DNA of 64,000 nucleotides from Clostridia bacterium (GCA_045631485.1 JAZQUU010000022.1:11298-75297), one strand, 5' to 3'; positions 35,158-45,649 are shown, counted from the stretch's first letter. Made by a program: numbers and translations. Notes: generated from the letters alone by a model not told the origin.

Positions 35158-37218
35158 TTATTCTCCTTTCAAAGAATCAGGTTCTTTGCTCTCTGCTTCC
35201 AGTTTTTCAATACGGGCAAGCATTCTGCAAAGTTCCTGAGATAACGGGTCAGGAATATGGGTCTGGTCTGTTTGCCAATCCGCGCCCGAAACTTTCACAT
35301 TATTCCGAATGACAACTCGTGCAGGCACACCCACACAAGTGCTGTTTTCGGGGACCTCACGAAGAACCACGGCATTTGCCGCAATCTTGGAGTTATCTCC
35401 CACACTGAAGGGGCCAAGCACCTTGGCACCACTGCCAATCATCACATTTTTCCCGATGGTGGGATGACGTTTCCCGGTATCCTTACCGGTACCGCCTAAG
35501 GTAACATTCTGATAGATGGTGCAACCGTCACCAACTTCTGCGGTTTCCCCGATGACCACACCCATACCGTGGTCAATCATCACGCCTCTTCCGATTTTGG
35601 CGCCAGGGTGAATTTCAATCCCGGTGAACATTCTCACAACCTGAGATAACACACGGGCGGTGAAATAACGTTTGTTACAATATAATCTGTGTGCTGCCCG
35701 ATGCCAGAACAAAGCGTGAATACCGGGAGACAACAGAAATACTTCTAATTTACTTTTTGCGGCAGGGTCTTTTTCCATCACCGCATTGATATCCTCCATA
35801 AGGCGTGCAAACACATTATGAAAAGCTTGATAAGTGCGGCATAAGCCTATGGATGCAACGGGCATCAACAATGCAATTGCTCCATAGGAATAGCGTTCCT
35901 GGGTTTCTGCCAAAAGATGCATTGCTGCAACTCCCAACACAAAAATACAAAGAAACATTCCTGCATTGTTTTCTTTTTGATGCCGTAATCTGACTGCTCC
36001 CACTAATAGACCGAGCATAAAAATCAGATGAAATGCATTGGAGAGATTTCCAAACTGAAATACCGAATCCCAAAATGCAAAGTCACCGCTTTGCCGTAAG
36101 GCTACGGCAGGTTGCATCTGAGTTCCCCAGGTGATACCGAATTTTAACAATCCGAGTTTCAGGTTGGAACCAAATCCGTTTTGCCGATATCTTAAGATCC
36201 CTTCTTCCAATAAACGAGAATGCACCTCGTCGGAAGAAATATCCGCATCATACATCAATTCTCTTGCATAAGAATCATCTTGGGGATTCCATTGCCCGTT
36301 TGCCTCGGCATTGGAACCGATATATAAATTATAGCCAACGGGGATATCAGCAATCTTCTGTTCACTAAGCGACTGCATTCCGAAATATAACCCGAATTTA
36401 CAACCGCTGTAACAAACAATTGCCAACAACAAAGACAAAAATCTTTTTTTGGGACTTACATAAATCACACCGAAAAGCACAAATGCCAACAAAATCAACA
36501 TTCCGTACGGACGGATACAATTGGAAATTGCCGCTAAAGCACCAAACAAAATGCCCGGTGTAACACTACCCTTTTCTTTAAAACAAATTGCAAGATACAA
36601 AAGAACGCTTAAGAAGAATGTGAATACAATTTCGGTTGCCAAAAACTCGGAATAAAAAATAAACGAGGGTGCAATCGCATATAAAAATGCGGTGAAATTG
36701 GCAATTTTGCGGGAATACAACCGTTTTGCACCAAGATAAAGCATCACGGCAGTTGCCGTTTCCAACAACACATTTCCAATCTGCATTACAACAATGTTGG
36801 AGCCAAATATCCGATAACAACCGCTTAGCACACCGGAAAATCCGATGATATGCGGAAAAGAGGAAATGTATGCATCGTTGATGGAGTTTCCCTCTGCCAA
36901 TAAAAGTGCCGTATCGTGATAAATTTTATAATCGGAAAACGGTTCCAATTGCATCAGACAAACCGCCAATAAACGGAGTCCGAAGCACAAAGCAAGTGCG
37001 ATGGGAAGAGCGGATTTTTTCTCACTAAAATGCTTGTGATATGAGTATCCCAAACAAAAGAATCCCACCGTATAAAAGAAAGGCAACCAGAAAGAACCGC
37101 CGTAAAAGGTGTTGCTGCCAACAAAGAAACCAACAAAAGCCGAAAGAAATGTCATCACGGCAAACAATACAAAAACATAATGAAAAAATGAGGTGGATTT
37201 TTGTTGAAAACGGTTCAT
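35158..37218 (-). CDS. Fusion protein: GT-C/ArnT-PMT-like polytopic membrane domain (about 460 aa) plus a C-terminal serine O-acetyltransferase (CysE) domain
   Basis: Single uninterrupted 686-aa ORF. The C-terminal about 220 aa ([38 protein letters not shown]...[11 protein letters not shown]...[17 protein letters not shown]) are a full-length short-type CysE. The N-terminal part has at least 10 hydrophobic segments with GT-C-like features. Confidence 0.75.
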   Translation of the reverse strand: MNRFQQKSTSFFHYVFVLFAVMTFLSAFVGFFVGSNTFYGGSFWLPFFYTVGFFCLGYSYHKHFSEKKSALPIALALCFGLRLLAVCLMQLEPFSDYKIYHDTALLLAEGNSINDAYISSFPHIIGFSGVLSGCYRIFGSNIVVMQIGNVLLETATAVMLYLGAKRLYSRKIANFTAFLYAIAPSFIFYSEFLATEIVFTFFLSVLLYLAICFKEKGSVTPGILFGALAAISNCIRPYGMLILLAFVLFGVIYVSPKKRFLSLLLAIVCYSGCKFGLYFGMQSLSEQKIADIPVGYNLYIGSNAEANGQWNPQDDSYARELMYDADISSDEVHSRLLEEGILRYRQNGFGSNLKLGLLKFGITWGTQMQPAVALRQSGDFAFWDSVFQFGNLSNAFHLIFMLGLLVGAVRLRHQKENNAGMFLCIFVLGVAAMHLLAETQERYSYGAIALLMPVASIGLCRTYQAFHNVFARLMEDINAVMEKDPAAKSKLEVFLLSPGIHALFWHRAAHRLYCNKRYFTARVLSQVVRMFTGIEIHPGAKIGRGVMIDHGMGVVIGETAEVGDGCTIYQNVTLGGTGKDTGKRHPTIGKNVMIGSGAKVLGPFSVGDNSKIAANAVVLREVPENSTCVGVPARVVIRNNVKVSGADWQTDQTHIPDPLSQELCRMLARIEKLEAESKEPDSLKGE

Positions 37219-37256
37219 ATAAAAGCCCTCCTTTCCGAAAACTTCTTATCTTATTT

Positions 37257-37285
37257 ATTGTATATGAAAATGCAAGAAATGTCAA
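37257..37285 (-). promoter_or_regulatory. Candidate sigma-A promoter for the fusion gene and cysS
   Basis: Minus strand reads TTGACA, 17 nt, TACAAT. The leader to the ATG is only about 35 nt. Confidence 0.55.
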
Positions 37286-37293
37286 TCTTTTTC

Positions 37294-39342
37294 TTATAAT
37301 TGACCTGCATAATGATGACGGGAAAACATACGATTCACAGAATCCAAAATCCGTTTGTTGCAAGGAAGAAGAAAATCGGGGTCCTCTTTCAACAAAACTT
37401 CCGCCGCCGTTTTGGCAATCCGAACGGTTTCCATCGTATAGCTTAAACGACTTAATATGGTAGAAGGAAGTCCGTGTTGACGGGTTCCAAAGAACTCTCC
37501 GGGACCTCGGTTTTTTAAATCAAACTCACTAATTTGGAACCCATCGGTGGTTTTTTCCATAATTTCCAATCGTTTTTTTGCCTTTTCATCGGAAAGATTT
37601 AAAAAGCAGTAGGATTGTTTATCACTTCGGCCTACCCGTCCCCGAAGCTGATGGAGACTTGCCAGACCGAACCGTTCGGCATTTTCAATCACCATCACGG
37701 TGGCATTGGGCACATTGACCCCCACCTCCACCACGGTGGTGGAAACCAACACATGAATGTCTCTTTGCAAAAATGCATTCATGACCGCATCTTTTTCTTC
37801 TGCTTTCATTCTGCCGTGTAAAATGCCTACCCGATAGTCCTTAAGGTAAGTATTTTGCAACTCCTCCTGCAGACGAATGGCATCTTCTAATTCCATGGTT
37901 TCGCTTTCTTCAATGAGCGGACAAACCACAAACGCCTGATTGCCTTTTGCCAGTTCTTTTTTTACAAATCCATACACCTTGTCCCGTTGATGCTCCCCTG
38001 CGATTTTCGTCACAACAGGAGTTCTGCCACGGGGCAATTCATCAATCACGGAAACATCCAAATCTCCGTAAATAATCAGTGCCAGTGTTCTGGGAATAGG
38101 TGTTGCCGTCATTACGAGACAATGGGGATTTTCCCCTTTTTCCGTCAACACAGAACGAGCTTTTACGCCAAAACGATGTTGTTCATCGGTAATGACCAGA
38201 CCTAATTTGTGAAACTGCACTTTCTCATACAGCAAGGCGTGTGTTCCGATTGCAAGAGAAACTTCTCCGTTTGCAAGTCCCGAAATCACAGCGTCCTTTT
38301 CTTTTTTCTTCATAGATGCAACCAAAAGCTTTACCGAAAGTCCGAATTCCTCCAGATAGGGCTTTAGTCCCTCGTAATGCTGACGGGCAAGAATTTCGGT
38401 GGGTGCCATTAAAACTGCCTGATAGCCGCTTTTGGCACAAATAAGCATTGCCATGGCAGCAACCATGGTTTTGCCACTTCCCACATCGCCCTGTACCAAA
38501 CGGTTCATCTGATAACCTGCCTTAAAATCGGCGCAAATTTCCCGGGTGACACGCTTTTGGGCGTCGGTTAACGCAAACGGTAATTTTTGGGCAAATTCTT
38601 CTGCAATTTTATAGTTGGTCAACTTGGGACCTGCAGCTCTTTTCTGCCGCAGTTTGATTTTACCAAGACCCAACATCAGATAAAACAATTCTTCAAAAGC
38701 AAGACGCTTTTTTGCTGCCGAAAGCTCATCTTCCCCTTTGGGAAAATGAATATTTTCCAGGGCATACAACAGTTCGCAAAGATGGTATTCTTTTCGAATT
38801 TCCATAGGAAGAGTTTCCGTAAGATGTGCTTTAGCAAGTTTTAAGCATTCATAAGCAACTTTTTGCACAAGGCCCTGAGTAAGTCCTTTGGTAAGAGCGT
38901 ATCTGGGAATATAATTTTCCGAAAAATTGCCAGAAGGTGCATCTTTTTGCACCGCAGGATTGGTCATTTCCACATAACCGATTCTTCTGCTCACTTTTCC
39001 CGATAAGGTAACGGTTTTGCCGATAGTCAGTTTGTTAACCAAATATTTTTGATTAAAAAAGGTAACTTTCAACTCCCCTGTGTTGTCCTCACAAAGAAGA
39101 GAAATGAGGGTCAAATTCTGACGGATCCGTCTGCTTGAAACATCCAAAATCCGCACGGTAACCGTGGCAAGCTCATCTTCTTTTAGCTCCCGCACCGTTT
39201 TCACATTGGTTCGGTTTTCATAATTTTTGGGGAAATAATAGAGCATATCGGCAACCGAAAAAATGCCAAGCTTTTGAAAATACACAAGCCTGGCATCGGA
39301 AACTCCTGATATATTAGAAATAGGCGTGGAAAACAGGTTCAT
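37294..39342 (-). CDS. recG: ATP-dependent DNA helicase RecG
   Basis: GDVGSGKT, DEQHRFG and QLRGRVGR motifs. The start is either MNLFSTP (39342) or the ATG at 39369. Confidence 0.92.
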   Translation of the reverse strand: MNLFSTPISNISGVSDARLVYFQKLGIFSVADMLYYFPKNYENRTNVKTVRELKEDELATVTVRILDVSSRRIRQNLTLISLLCEDNTGELKVTFFNQKYLVNKLTIGKTVTLSGKVSRRIGYVEMTNPAVQKDAPSGNFSENYIPRYALTKGLTQGLVQKVAYECLKLAKAHLTETLPMEIRKEYHLCELLYALENIHFPKGEDELSAAKKRLAFEELFYLMLGLGKIKLRQKRAAGPKLTNYKIAEEFAQKLPFALTDAQKRVTREICADFKAGYQMNRLVQGDVGSGKTMVAAMAMLICAKSGYQAVLMAPTEILARQHYEGLKPYLEEFGLSVKLLVASMKKKEKDAVISGLANGEVSLAIGTHALLYEKVQFHKLGLVITDEQHRFGVKARSVLTEKGENPHCLVMTATPIPRTLALIIYGDLDVSVIDELPRGRTPVVTKIAGEHQRDKVYGFVKKELAKGNQAFVVCPLIEESETMELEDAIRLQEELQNTYLKDYRVGILHGRMKAEEKDAVMNAFLQRDIHVLVSTTVVEVGVNVPNATVMVIENAERFGLASLHQLRGRVGRSDKQSYCFLNLSDEKAKKRLEIMEKTTDGFQISEFDLKNRGPGEFFGTRQHGLPSTILSRLSYTMETVRIAKTAAEVLLKEDPDFLLPCNKRILDSVNRMFSRHHYAGQL

Positions 39343-39433
39343 ATTGTCCTCTTTTTCAAAAATTTCCAACCTTCAAAGTTTTCGGTTTATTTTAATCTTT
39401 TCGGTTTTAAGATTGATTTGAGACTGCTTTTGA

Positions 39434-41029
39434 TTATTCCAGAGAAATGAAATAATAATATACAGGCTGGTCACCGCGGTAGAAAGAAAAGTCAATATCT
39501 TTATACTTTTTGGTTAAAGTTTTTTCTAAAGCTTCCAATTCTTCACCGTTGATATCGGCACCCGCATACACAGTTACCATAGAAATCGTGTCATCACACA
39601 GTTTTTCGATAACCGAAGCACAAACCTTATTGGGTTCTTTGCCTTTGGTTAAAATAGAACTTCCGCTTAATGCCATGATTTCGCCTTCTTTGATTTCAAT
39701 GTTATCAAACACAGAATCTCTTACGGCATAAGTAATCTGAGCAGATTTTAAAGAAGCAATCACATCTTTCATCTGCGCCAGATTGTCCTCAGGTGACTGA
39801 GACTCATCAAAACCAACCATACAGGGCAAAACATCAGACATATTGGTGGTGGGAATTACCACCATCTGACCTTCATATAATTCTGCTGCCTGTTCTGCTG
39901 CCAGAATGATATTTTTATTATTGGGGAACACATAAACCACATCTGCATTGGTGCGGTTTGCTGCGTTTAAAATATCATCGGAAGAAGGATTCATAGACTG
40001 TCCGCCGGAAACGATATGTTCAATGCCAAGCTCTTTATAGATATTGGCAAAGCCTTCCCCTGCTGCCACTGCAACAAATGCAAAAGGCTGACGTTCCTTG
40101 GGAATATTATCCTGAATCTTTTCGTTCTGATATTTCATATTATCGATTTTAATATCGATTAAACTACCGATTTTTAATGCTTCGGAAATTACAATACCGG
40201 GGTCATTGGTGTGAATATGCACCTTAATAATATCTTCCATTGCAACCACAACGATAGAATCGCCCAAGCCCTCATAACGCTGAGTTAACTGGTTTTTCTT
40301 GCGTTCGGGATTCTGGATGATAAATTCGGTACAGTACTGGAAGTTCACATTTTCGTGATTATCGGAGAACACTTCAGAGGTTTTTTCCACCTGGGTTACC
40401 GATTCTTCCGGCATAACTTCGGTTTTATAGTAGTTTGCCATACCTTCGATGATATAGCAGATACCTTTACCGCCGGAATCCACAACGCCTGCCTGTTTTA
40501 ATTTGGGCAGCATCTCGGGGGTCTGTGCCAACGCATCATAGGAAGCACGAACCGCTTCGGTGAATAACATATCCAGGTCGGTAATCTCATTTTCAATTTT
40601 TTCCAGATGTTCTGCCGTCATACGGATAACAGTCAGAATGGTACCTTCGGTAGGCTTCATAATTGCTTCGTAAGCAGTTTTGGAACCCAAACGGAAAGCA
40701 TTTACCATATCGGCAACATCCAGTTCGGTTTTTCCTTTCGCGGCTTTCGCCATCCCTCTTAAAATCTGAGAAAGGATAACCCCGGAGTTCCCTCTTGCAC
40801 CACGCAGTGCAGACATAGAAACACCGTCTAACACATTTCCTGCAGAATCAGTACGGCTATGCGCCGCAGATGCTGCGGAAGTGAAAGTCATAGACATATT
40901 GGTTCCGGTATCACCGTCAGGCACCGGGAACACATTTAAAGCATTCAGCTCTTCTTTGTTGTTACATAAATGGATTTTTGCTGCCATCAGCATATCAGCA
41001 AGCAGCACTCCACCGATTTTTTTATTCAT
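39434..41029 (-). CDS. DAK2-domain protein (YloV-like)
   Basis: N-terminal Dak2 motifs (DGDTGTNM) plus a DegV-like C-terminal half. Conserved Asp23 / DAK2 / recG gene order as in Bacillus. Confidence 0.8.
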   Translation of the reverse strand: MNKKIGGVLLADMLMAAKIHLCNNKEELNALNVFPVPDGDTGTNMSMTFTSAASAAHSRTDSAGNVLDGVSMSALRGARGNSGVILSQILRGMAKAAKGKTELDVADMVNAFRLGSKTAYEAIMKPTEGTILTVIRMTAEHLEKIENEITDLDMLFTEAVRASYDALAQTPEMLPKLKQAGVVDSGGKGICYIIEGMANYYKTEVMPEESVTQVEKTSEVFSDNHENVNFQYCTEFIIQNPERKKNQLTQRYEGLGDSIVVVAMEDIIKVHIHTNDPGIVISEALKIGSLIDIKIDNMKYQNEKIQDNIPKERQPFAFVAVAAGEGFANIYKELGIEHIVSGGQSMNPSSDDILNAANRTNADVVYVFPNNKNIILAAEQAAELYEGQMVVIPTTNMSDVLPCMVGFDESQSPEDNLAQMKDVIASLKSAQITYAVRDSVFDNIEIKEGEIMALSGSSILTKGKEPNKVCASVIEKLCDDTISMVTVYAGADINGEELEALEKTLTKKYKDIDFSFYRGDQPVYYYFISLE

Positions 41030-41066
41030 GTAATGTTTTCTCCCTTTTTCAAAGTTGATGCTGCGG

Positions 41067-41423
41067 TTATTTGTTTACCACAATATCGTCCACGCAAACG
41101 GTAACATCCTTAATTTTTGCACCGGTCATTTGTTCCACGGCATAGGTGATATCCTGCTTCACATTTTCAGCCAACACTTTGATGTTCACTCCGTATGTCA
41201 CCTTAATGTGAATTTCAATGCTCACGGTGTTATCACGGCAAATCACTTTGATTCCTTTTCGTAAGCTTTCACCGCCAAACATCCGTTTTAACACTTCTGC
41301 TTTGCTTTTTTCACACATGCCAACCACACCGTAACAATGAGTTGCAACATGACCTGCAATTTCTTCAATAGCTTTTTCGGTTACGGTAATTTCGCCAACA
41401 TCGCTTAATTTTTTTAACGGCAT
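41067..41423 (-). CDS. Asp23/Gls24-family envelope stress protein (YloU-like)
   Basis: 118 aa. The motif EEIAGHVATHCYGVVGM is typical of Asp23. Confidence 0.8.
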   Translation of the reverse strand: MPLKKLSDVGEITVTEKAIEEIAGHVATHCYGVVGMCEKSKAEVLKRMFGGESLRKGIKVICRDNTVSIEIHIKVTYGVNIKVLAENVKQDITYAVEQMTGAKIKDVTVCVDDIVVNK

Positions 41424-41489
41424 AATCGTACCATCCTTTCATGATTGTTCTATCAAACAAACCAAATTCGGTTTCTGTCATTTTCAAAT

Positions 41490-42233
41490 TTATAATACTT
41501 TATTTAAGAAGGATTTTGTTCTTTCGTGAACGGGATGATTGAAAATCTCATCGGGAGTGCCCTCTTCTAAGATAACTCCTTCGTCCATAAAGATTACCCT
41601 GTCGGCAACCTCACGGGCAAAGCCCATTTCGTGAGTTACCACAAGCATGGTCATTCCCTCTTTTGCCAGGTTTTTCATAACGTCCAGCACTTCGCCGACC
41701 ATTTCGGGGTCCAATGCGGAAGTGGGTTCGTCAAACAGCATCACATCAGGCTCCATACAAAGAGCACGAACAATTGCAACACGCTGTTTCTGACCGCCCG
41801 AAAGCTGATTGGGATAAGCCTGCGCTCTGTCTTCCAAGCCAACCACACGCAAAAGCTCCATTGCTTTTTCTTCTGCCTGAGCTTTGGTTGCTTTTTTCAA
41901 CTGAATGGGAGCCAGGGTCATATTTTTTAAAATCGTCATATTGGGAAACAGATTAAAATGCTGGAATACCATACCAACCTTTCTTCTGTGAAGATTGATA
42001 TTGGTTTTTTTATCGGTAATATCCACACCGTCTAGGAAAATCTGACCTTCGGTGGGAACTTCCAATAAGTTCAAGGAACGAAGAAATGTGGATTTTCCGC
42101 ATCCGGAAGGACCGATAATTACGATTACTTCCCCTTTTTTTACGTCTAAATCGACGCCGTTTAATGCTTTGATTTTGCCGCGGTTATAATGCTTTTTAAG
42201 TCCGCGGACCGAAATAATGGAATTAGCGCTCAT
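41490..42233 (-). CDS. Amino-acid ABC transporter ATP-binding protein
   Basis: Walker [10 protein letters not shown], signature LSGGQKQR and Walker [12 protein letters not shown]. 247 aa. Confidence 0.9.
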   Translation of the reverse strand: MSANSIISVRGLKKHYNRGKIKALNGVDLDVKKGEVIVIIGPSGCGKSTFLRSLNLLEVPTEGQIFLDGVDITDKKTNINLHRRKVGMVFQHFNLFPNMTILKNMTLAPIQLKKATKAQAEEKAMELLRVVGLEDRAQAYPNQLSGGQKQRVAIVRALCMEPDVMLFDEPTSALDPEMVGEVLDVMKNLAKEGMTMLVVTHEMGFAREVADRVIFMDEGVILEEGTPDEIFNHPVHERTKSFLNKVL

Positions 42234-42951
42234 TCTTTCTCAGTCTCCTTTCCAGAATGCCTACCAGCCAGGTAAAGAACATTACCAATGCAAGATAAAT
42301 CACCGCAGCACCGATTAAAGGCATGAAATCCTGATAGGTTACACCACGGATGATGTTGGCTCCACGGGTTAAGTCGGTCACACCCACATAACCTGCGATG
42401 GAAGTTTCCTTTAAAAGAACAATAAATTCATTTGCCAGAGAGGGCAAAATATTTTTGAATGCCTGAGGAAGAATGATAAACCACATAGTCTGCAGATAAT
42501 TAAGTCCCAAGGAGCGACCTGCTTCATTCTGCCCTGCATCAATACTCATAATACCGCCGCGCACAATTTCTGCAACGTATGCACCGGAGTTGATACCAAA
42601 TGCAATCACACCGCAAAGCATTTTGTCACGGGAGTTTGCCATAATGATAAAAAAGATGATCAGAATCTGAACCATAACAGGAGTTCCGCGAATCACAGTC
42701 AGATAAATTTTAGAAATTGCATTTCCAAGCCAGAGCAAAACTTTTGCAACCGGATTTTTGATTTCCTGATACTGTTTATCATAAGTGGTTCTGATGGCTG
42801 CCACAATCACACCCAGAACAACCCCTAAAAGCAATGCCCAAAAGGTTAAAACCAGTGTGTTCTGCACGCCTTCCCAAATATATTTCCAACGGTTATCCAC
42901 AATAAAAGCTGTTGTGAATTCCTTTTGGATTCCGTTAAACCATTCCGTCAT
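42223..42951 (-). CDS. Amino-acid ABC transporter permease (HisM/GlnP type)
   Basis: 242-aa polytopic ORF with an EAA-like loop ([13 protein letters not shown]). Overlaps the ATPase gene. Confidence 0.85.
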   Translation of the reverse strand: MTEWFNGIQKEFTTAFIVDNRWKYIWEGVQNTLVLTFWALLLGVVLGVIVAAIRTTYDKQYQEIKNPVAKVLLWLGNAISKIYLTVIRGTPVMVQILIIFFIIMANSRDKMLCGVIAFGINSGAYVAEIVRGGIMSIDAGQNEAGRSLGLNYLQTMWFIILPQAFKNILPSLANEFIVLLKETSIAGYVGVTDLTRGANIIRGVTYQDFMPLIGAAVIYLALVMFFTWLVGILERRLRKNER

Positions 42952-42983
42952 TTGTTCAAATTCCTTTCCGATGAAACAGTAAT

Positions 42984-43017
42984 TGTCAATCGGAGAAACC
43001 GGGTTCTCCGATTGACA
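42984..43017 (-). other. Perfect 14-bp intercistronic stem-loop between the binding-protein and permease genes
   Basis: TGTCAATCGGAGAA-accggg-TTCTCCGATTGACA. No clean U-tract follows on the coding strand. Confidence 0.6.
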
Positions 43018-43074
43018 GATTGACTACTGTATGTATCCTGTTGCCCGAAGCCGGGTTACAGTGTGCCGAATTGA

Positions 43075-43833
43075 TTATTCAGCAGGGATGTATTTTTCGA
43101 TGATGGTTTTTACAGTGCCGTCTGCGATTAATTCTGCTAAAGCAGAGTCGATCTGTTCGGTCAGTTCTGCATTGTCTTTAGAAACTGCAGCTGCATATTC
43201 TTCGGTGATGTACTCGGTGTCTAAGATTTTTAAGCCGGGGTTGTTTGCAACGAATACTTTTGCGGGTTCGTTATCGATAACAACACAATCAACTTTGCCG
43301 GTGGTTAAAGCCATAACAGCGTCTGCACCTTTGTTGAAACGTTCTACTTTACCTAAACCTGCATCTTCGATATCCCAGGTACAGTACAGGTCACCGGTGG
43401 TAGCCAGCTGAACACCGATGGTGGTGTTTGCGCCTTCAGCAAATAAATCGTCTGCAGTGGTGATGGGAGAATCTTCGTTTACGATGATTACCTGAACACC
43501 GGTAGCATAGCTCTGGGTGAAGTTAACCTGTTCTTTTCTTTCTTCGGTAACGGTAAGACCTGCCATAACAAAGTCATATTTACCGGAAGAAACGCCGGGA
43601 ATTAAGGAATCGAAATCAACGTTTTCGATTACCAGTTCTCTGCCCAGTTTATCTGCGATTGCCTGAGCGATTTCAGCGTCGATACCAACGATTTTGCCGT
43701 CCTGCATGAATTCATAGGGAGGGAATTCTGCATTGGTAGCCATTACCAAAGGATCGTTTTTGGATGCACCGCATCCGGTGAACAGGGTCAGAAGCATTGC
43801 TGCAACTAACACAAAGAGTAATGTTTTTTTCAT
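43075..43833 (-). CDS. Amino-acid ABC transporter substrate-binding lipoprotein
   Basis: Signal peptide MKKTLLFVLVAAMLLTLFTGC with a lipobox, and the family-3 SBP layout. Start placed at MKKT. Confidence 0.85.
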   Translation of the reverse strand: MKKTLLFVLVAAMLLTLFTGCGASKNDPLVMATNAEFPPYEFMQDGKIVGIDAEIAQAIADKLGRELVIENVDFDSLIPGVSSGKYDFVMAGLTVTEERKEQVNFTQSYATGVQVIIVNEDSPITTADDLFAEGANTTIGVQLATTGDLYCTWDIEDAGLGKVERFNKGADAVMALTTGKVDCVVIDNEPAKVFVANNPGLKILDTEYITEEYAAAVSKDNAELTEQIDSALAELIADGTVKTIIEKYIPAE

Positions 43834-44005
43834 AGTGTTTTCCTCCTCGCACAATTGTGCTTTGAATGTTTTTTATAAATTTTCTATAATATTATACTAT
43901 AACAAGTGAATTTTTTCAATAGATTTTAAAAAATTTATTCCGATTTTTGCATTTTTATTACAAATTGCCAAAGAAATTCCCGGGCAAATTCAAAAAACAA
44001 GCATT

Positions 44006-44902
44006 CTACAACACGATTTTCACGGAAGATGCGTATTCCGAAGGTGTCATTTTGGCGATTTTTTTAAACTGCTTGGAAAAATAATGAATACTGTCATACG
44101 CCAGGATATTGGCAATCTGGGTGAAATTGTAGTTATCTTCACGAATCAGCATTTTGGCACGCTCAATTTTTAAGTAATTAAAATACTGCATAACCCCCAT
44201 CCCCGTCTTTTCCTTAAAGAGCATTTTAAGGCCCGTACTGTTGGTTTTGGAGTACTTTAACACATCGGGAAAGCTTAGCGTGTTGCCGATATTTTCGTTT
44301 AAAAACTCAATCACATCCTCCACAATATCGTTATCCATACGCTCTTTTAAAACAGACAGAGATGCCTTGGGCGTGTAGGAAATGGAGTTATTGCGGTATA
44401 AAGACAAAAGGAACTGGGTAAGCCCCAAAAGAATCATCTGCTCTGCTCCGAAGGACGCTTCGCTTTTCCGCTTTAATCCGTTGGTCAAGGGGTCGTTTAA
44501 CGGAGTGCAGAAGGCCTTGGTTGCTTCTTTGATGATGGAGGAAAGCAGATTTTTTTCTTCCTTGGTCACATGAAAAACTTTGTTTTGAAAAAAGCTCATT
44601 GCCTTGGATTTGCACTCAAAAGAAACAATGGCAATATTGGGAGCTATCACGCCGTTGGAATACACATTATGAAATTCTCCCGGCTTATGAAACAACACAT
44701 CTCCCTGCTGCAAACGATGAGTGGTATCTTCCGCAATCGCGTTGATTTCCCCCTTGTCCACATAAATAAATTCCCAGAAATCGTGTTTTTCTCCCGTGAA
44801 TCTGAAGTCCTTGGCATATTCAAAATAGTGAATCGTGACAACGTTTTTAATCACAAATTCTTCTTTTAAGCGAAGAGGTGCATAAGATTTTTCACTCAGC
44901 AA
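44006..44902 (-). CDS. AraC-family transcriptional regulator (cupin N-domain)
   Basis: 298 aa with a C-terminal AraC HTH (...FTQIANILAYDSIHYFSKQFKKIAKMTPSEY). The start overlaps the maf stop by 7 nt. Confidence 0.8.
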   Translation of the reverse strand: MLSEKSYAPLRLKEEFVIKNVVTIHYFEYAKDFRFTGEKHDFWEFIYVDKGEINAIAEDTTHRLQQGDVLFHKPGEFHNVYSNGVIAPNIAIVSFECKSKAMSFFQNKVFHVTKEEKNLLSSIIKEATKAFCTPLNDPLTNGLKRKSEASFGAEQMILLGLTQFLLSLYRNNSISYTPKASLSVLKERMDNDIVEDVIEFLNENIGNTLSFPDVLKYSKTNSTGLKMLFKEKTGMGVMQYFNYLKIERAKMLIREDNYNFTQIANILAYDSIHYFSKQFKKIAKMTPSEYASSVKIVL

Positions 44903-45498
44903 TCGGATTCCCCCTTGTTAAGATACGCTTTTACATCTTCTATGATGGCATACACGGGAAGCCCCACCACATTATCAAAATCGCCCTCGATTTTTTCAAC
45001 AAACTTGGTGGCGATTCCCTGGATGGCGTAGCTTCCGGCTTTATCATAGGGTTCGTTGGTTTTCAGATACTCATTCAATTCTTCTTCCGAAATGGGATAA
45101 AAATACACCTTGGTTTCGCAAACTGTTTTTTTGTATGTTACGGTTTCTCCGTCAACATAAGCCAAGGTAACACCCGTAAATACACTATGTGCCTTGCCGC
45201 TTAACTTGGTAAGCATCCGCTTTGCATCGGCTTCGTCTTCCGGTTTCCCGAAAATCTCATTGTCCAATGCAACCACGGTGTCTGCCGCAATAATCAAAAC
45301 AGAATCCCCCAAAAACGATTCTGCAGCACTTTGGGCTTTGCGATATGACAATTCTTCCACAAGCTCATAAGGAGTCATCGGCTCACAAACGGTTTCATCC
45401 GCATCCGTCACAAACACCGAAAACAAAATTCCGTGTGCGGCCAAGAGTTCCTTTCGTCTGGGTGACTGAGAGGCTAAAATAATATTTGGCTGATTCAT
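44896..45498 (-). CDS. maf: Maf-like nucleoside triphosphate pyrophosphatase
   Basis: IILASQSPRRKELL and KAGSYAIQG motifs. Start placed at MNQPN (45498). Confidence 0.85.
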   Translation of the reverse strand: MNQPNIILASQSPRRKELLAAHGILFSVFVTDADETVCEPMTPYELVEELSYRKAQSAAESFLGDSVLIIAADTVVALDNEIFGKPEDEADAKRMLTKLSGKAHSVFTGVTLAYVDGETVTYKKTVCETKVYFYPISEEELNEYLKTNEPYDKAGSYAIQGIATKFVEKIEGDFDNVVGLPVYAIIEDVKAYLNKGESDC

Positions 45499-45594
45499 AT
45501 AAAAAAACCTCCATATTACTAATCTGCAAAAAGTATAACACAGTTTGCAAAAAAAGTCAACCAAATATACCAACTAAAACAATCAGACAGGGTT

Positions 45595-45624
45595 GTCATA
45601 CTTTGGGACATCCCCGCATATCGT
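45595..45624 (+). promoter_or_regulatory. Sigma-E-like promoter of the spoIIIA operon
   Basis: GTCATACT, 14 nt, CATATCGT. Matches the recalled consensus GkCATATT-14-CATACAnT at most positions. Lies about 25 nt upstream of the SD-supported start. Confidence 0.45.
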
Positions 45625-45649
45625 GATAAAAAACGAGGTGAACCAACCG

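Noticed and set aside
37219-37293. Expected T-box leader upstream of cysE-cysS, and likewise an S-box upstream of the yitJ-like gene at 18768
   Set aside because: The leaders are far too short: about 35 nt after the promoter at 37257-37285, and a 14-nt gene overlap at 18754-18767. No specifier-loop/T-box or S-box sequence is present. Their absence is reported under the findings.
39370-39433. Direct repeat TTTTCGGTTT x2 between recG and the DAK2 gene, and TTTTTTAGAA repeats at 32100-32130
   Set aside because: These are short, AT-rich, and consistent with chance in low-GC intergenic DNA. No associated structure or conservation can be argued from this window.
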